Assembly: GCA_964016885.1 (NCBI GenBank)
Contig: OZ024740.1
Location: forward strand, 76,694,001 to 76,758,000
DNA: 64,000 nt
Direction of reading: 5' to 3'
From: Eledone cirrhosa
Taxonomy: Eukaryota
Notes under the pieces: model-generated
Told to the model about the DNA's origin: nothing
The model's database searches: none
The model's input: the letters and a program-made list of their open reading frames with translations, nothing else
Made by a program: the position numbers and the translations under genes
Shown: positions 63,600 to 64,000 of the stretch, piece by piece
Layout: every line of letters begins with the position of its first letter
Numbering within the stretch: position 1 is the stretch's first letter

Positions 63600-64000
63600 C
63601 TTGGTGACTGGTGAGCAGTGCTGCAAAAATCCGATAACAGCAGCTCTGGGACTATACGAGGTGCATATCGTCCGGTTTTGATGGTCTGCGCTGTGAGTTT
63701 TACGTAGATATGTCAGACGTGTTTTCCATCTCTTCGAAACTGTCTACTGCAACTGACAACAAAATGGGAGAATTCCCAGTTCTGTGAGACGGGGCATAGT
63801 AACGCTGATGAGAAAAGACGAGAATAAGGGAGAGGTTATTGATAATTTCCGGCACATACTTCTGCTAAAGACAGAGTTTAAGATTTTGCCCTAGGTGTTA
63901 GTGAAAGGTTTGACGCCTGTCGTCGAAGATTCGGTTTGGAAGGCACAAACTTACACAATCCCGACCAGGGTTAGGAGTAAACCTGGTTTCGCTGGGGCTC
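63600..64000 (+). pseudogene. Decayed Tx1-type ORF2 (RT) fragment
   Basis: QNGRIPSSVRRGIVTLMRKDENKGEVIDNFRHILLLKTEFKIL*...AQTYTIPTR...KPGFAGA aligns with the intact ORF2s; stops and deletions. Confidence 0.85.

Overview
Animal, repeat-dominated window with no host protein-coding gene that I can support. The SINE family and (TA)n/(CA)n/(TACA)n load resemble octopus DNA, which is an inference. 1-21 kb is a stack of non-LTR retrotransposons strung on one (AAT)n microsatellite: two R4/Dong-type (restriction-like endonuclease) copies on + and three full-length L1/Tx1-type (APE endonuclease) copies on -, two with intact ORF1+ORF2, plus a SINE fragment. 21-64 kb is microsatellite-rich DNA with Penelope-like (PLE), RTE and CR1-like remnants, non-autonomous Helitrons, hAT MITEs, many tRNA-derived SINEs (one in a tandem array) and several fold-back elements. 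The most striking item is a near-perfect 310-bp tandem array at about 47957-51583. Each unit carries a minimal type I hammerhead ribozyme (11 complete copies), and the array inverts within 3 nt of the predicted self-cleavage site: a retrozyme/circRNA-like element. Further hammerhead motifs with different, still-pairing stems lie at 21791-21831 and 60235-60270. The SINE 3' tail and AATAAT target resemble those of the Tx1-type LINEs. All calls were made by eye, with no searches run.
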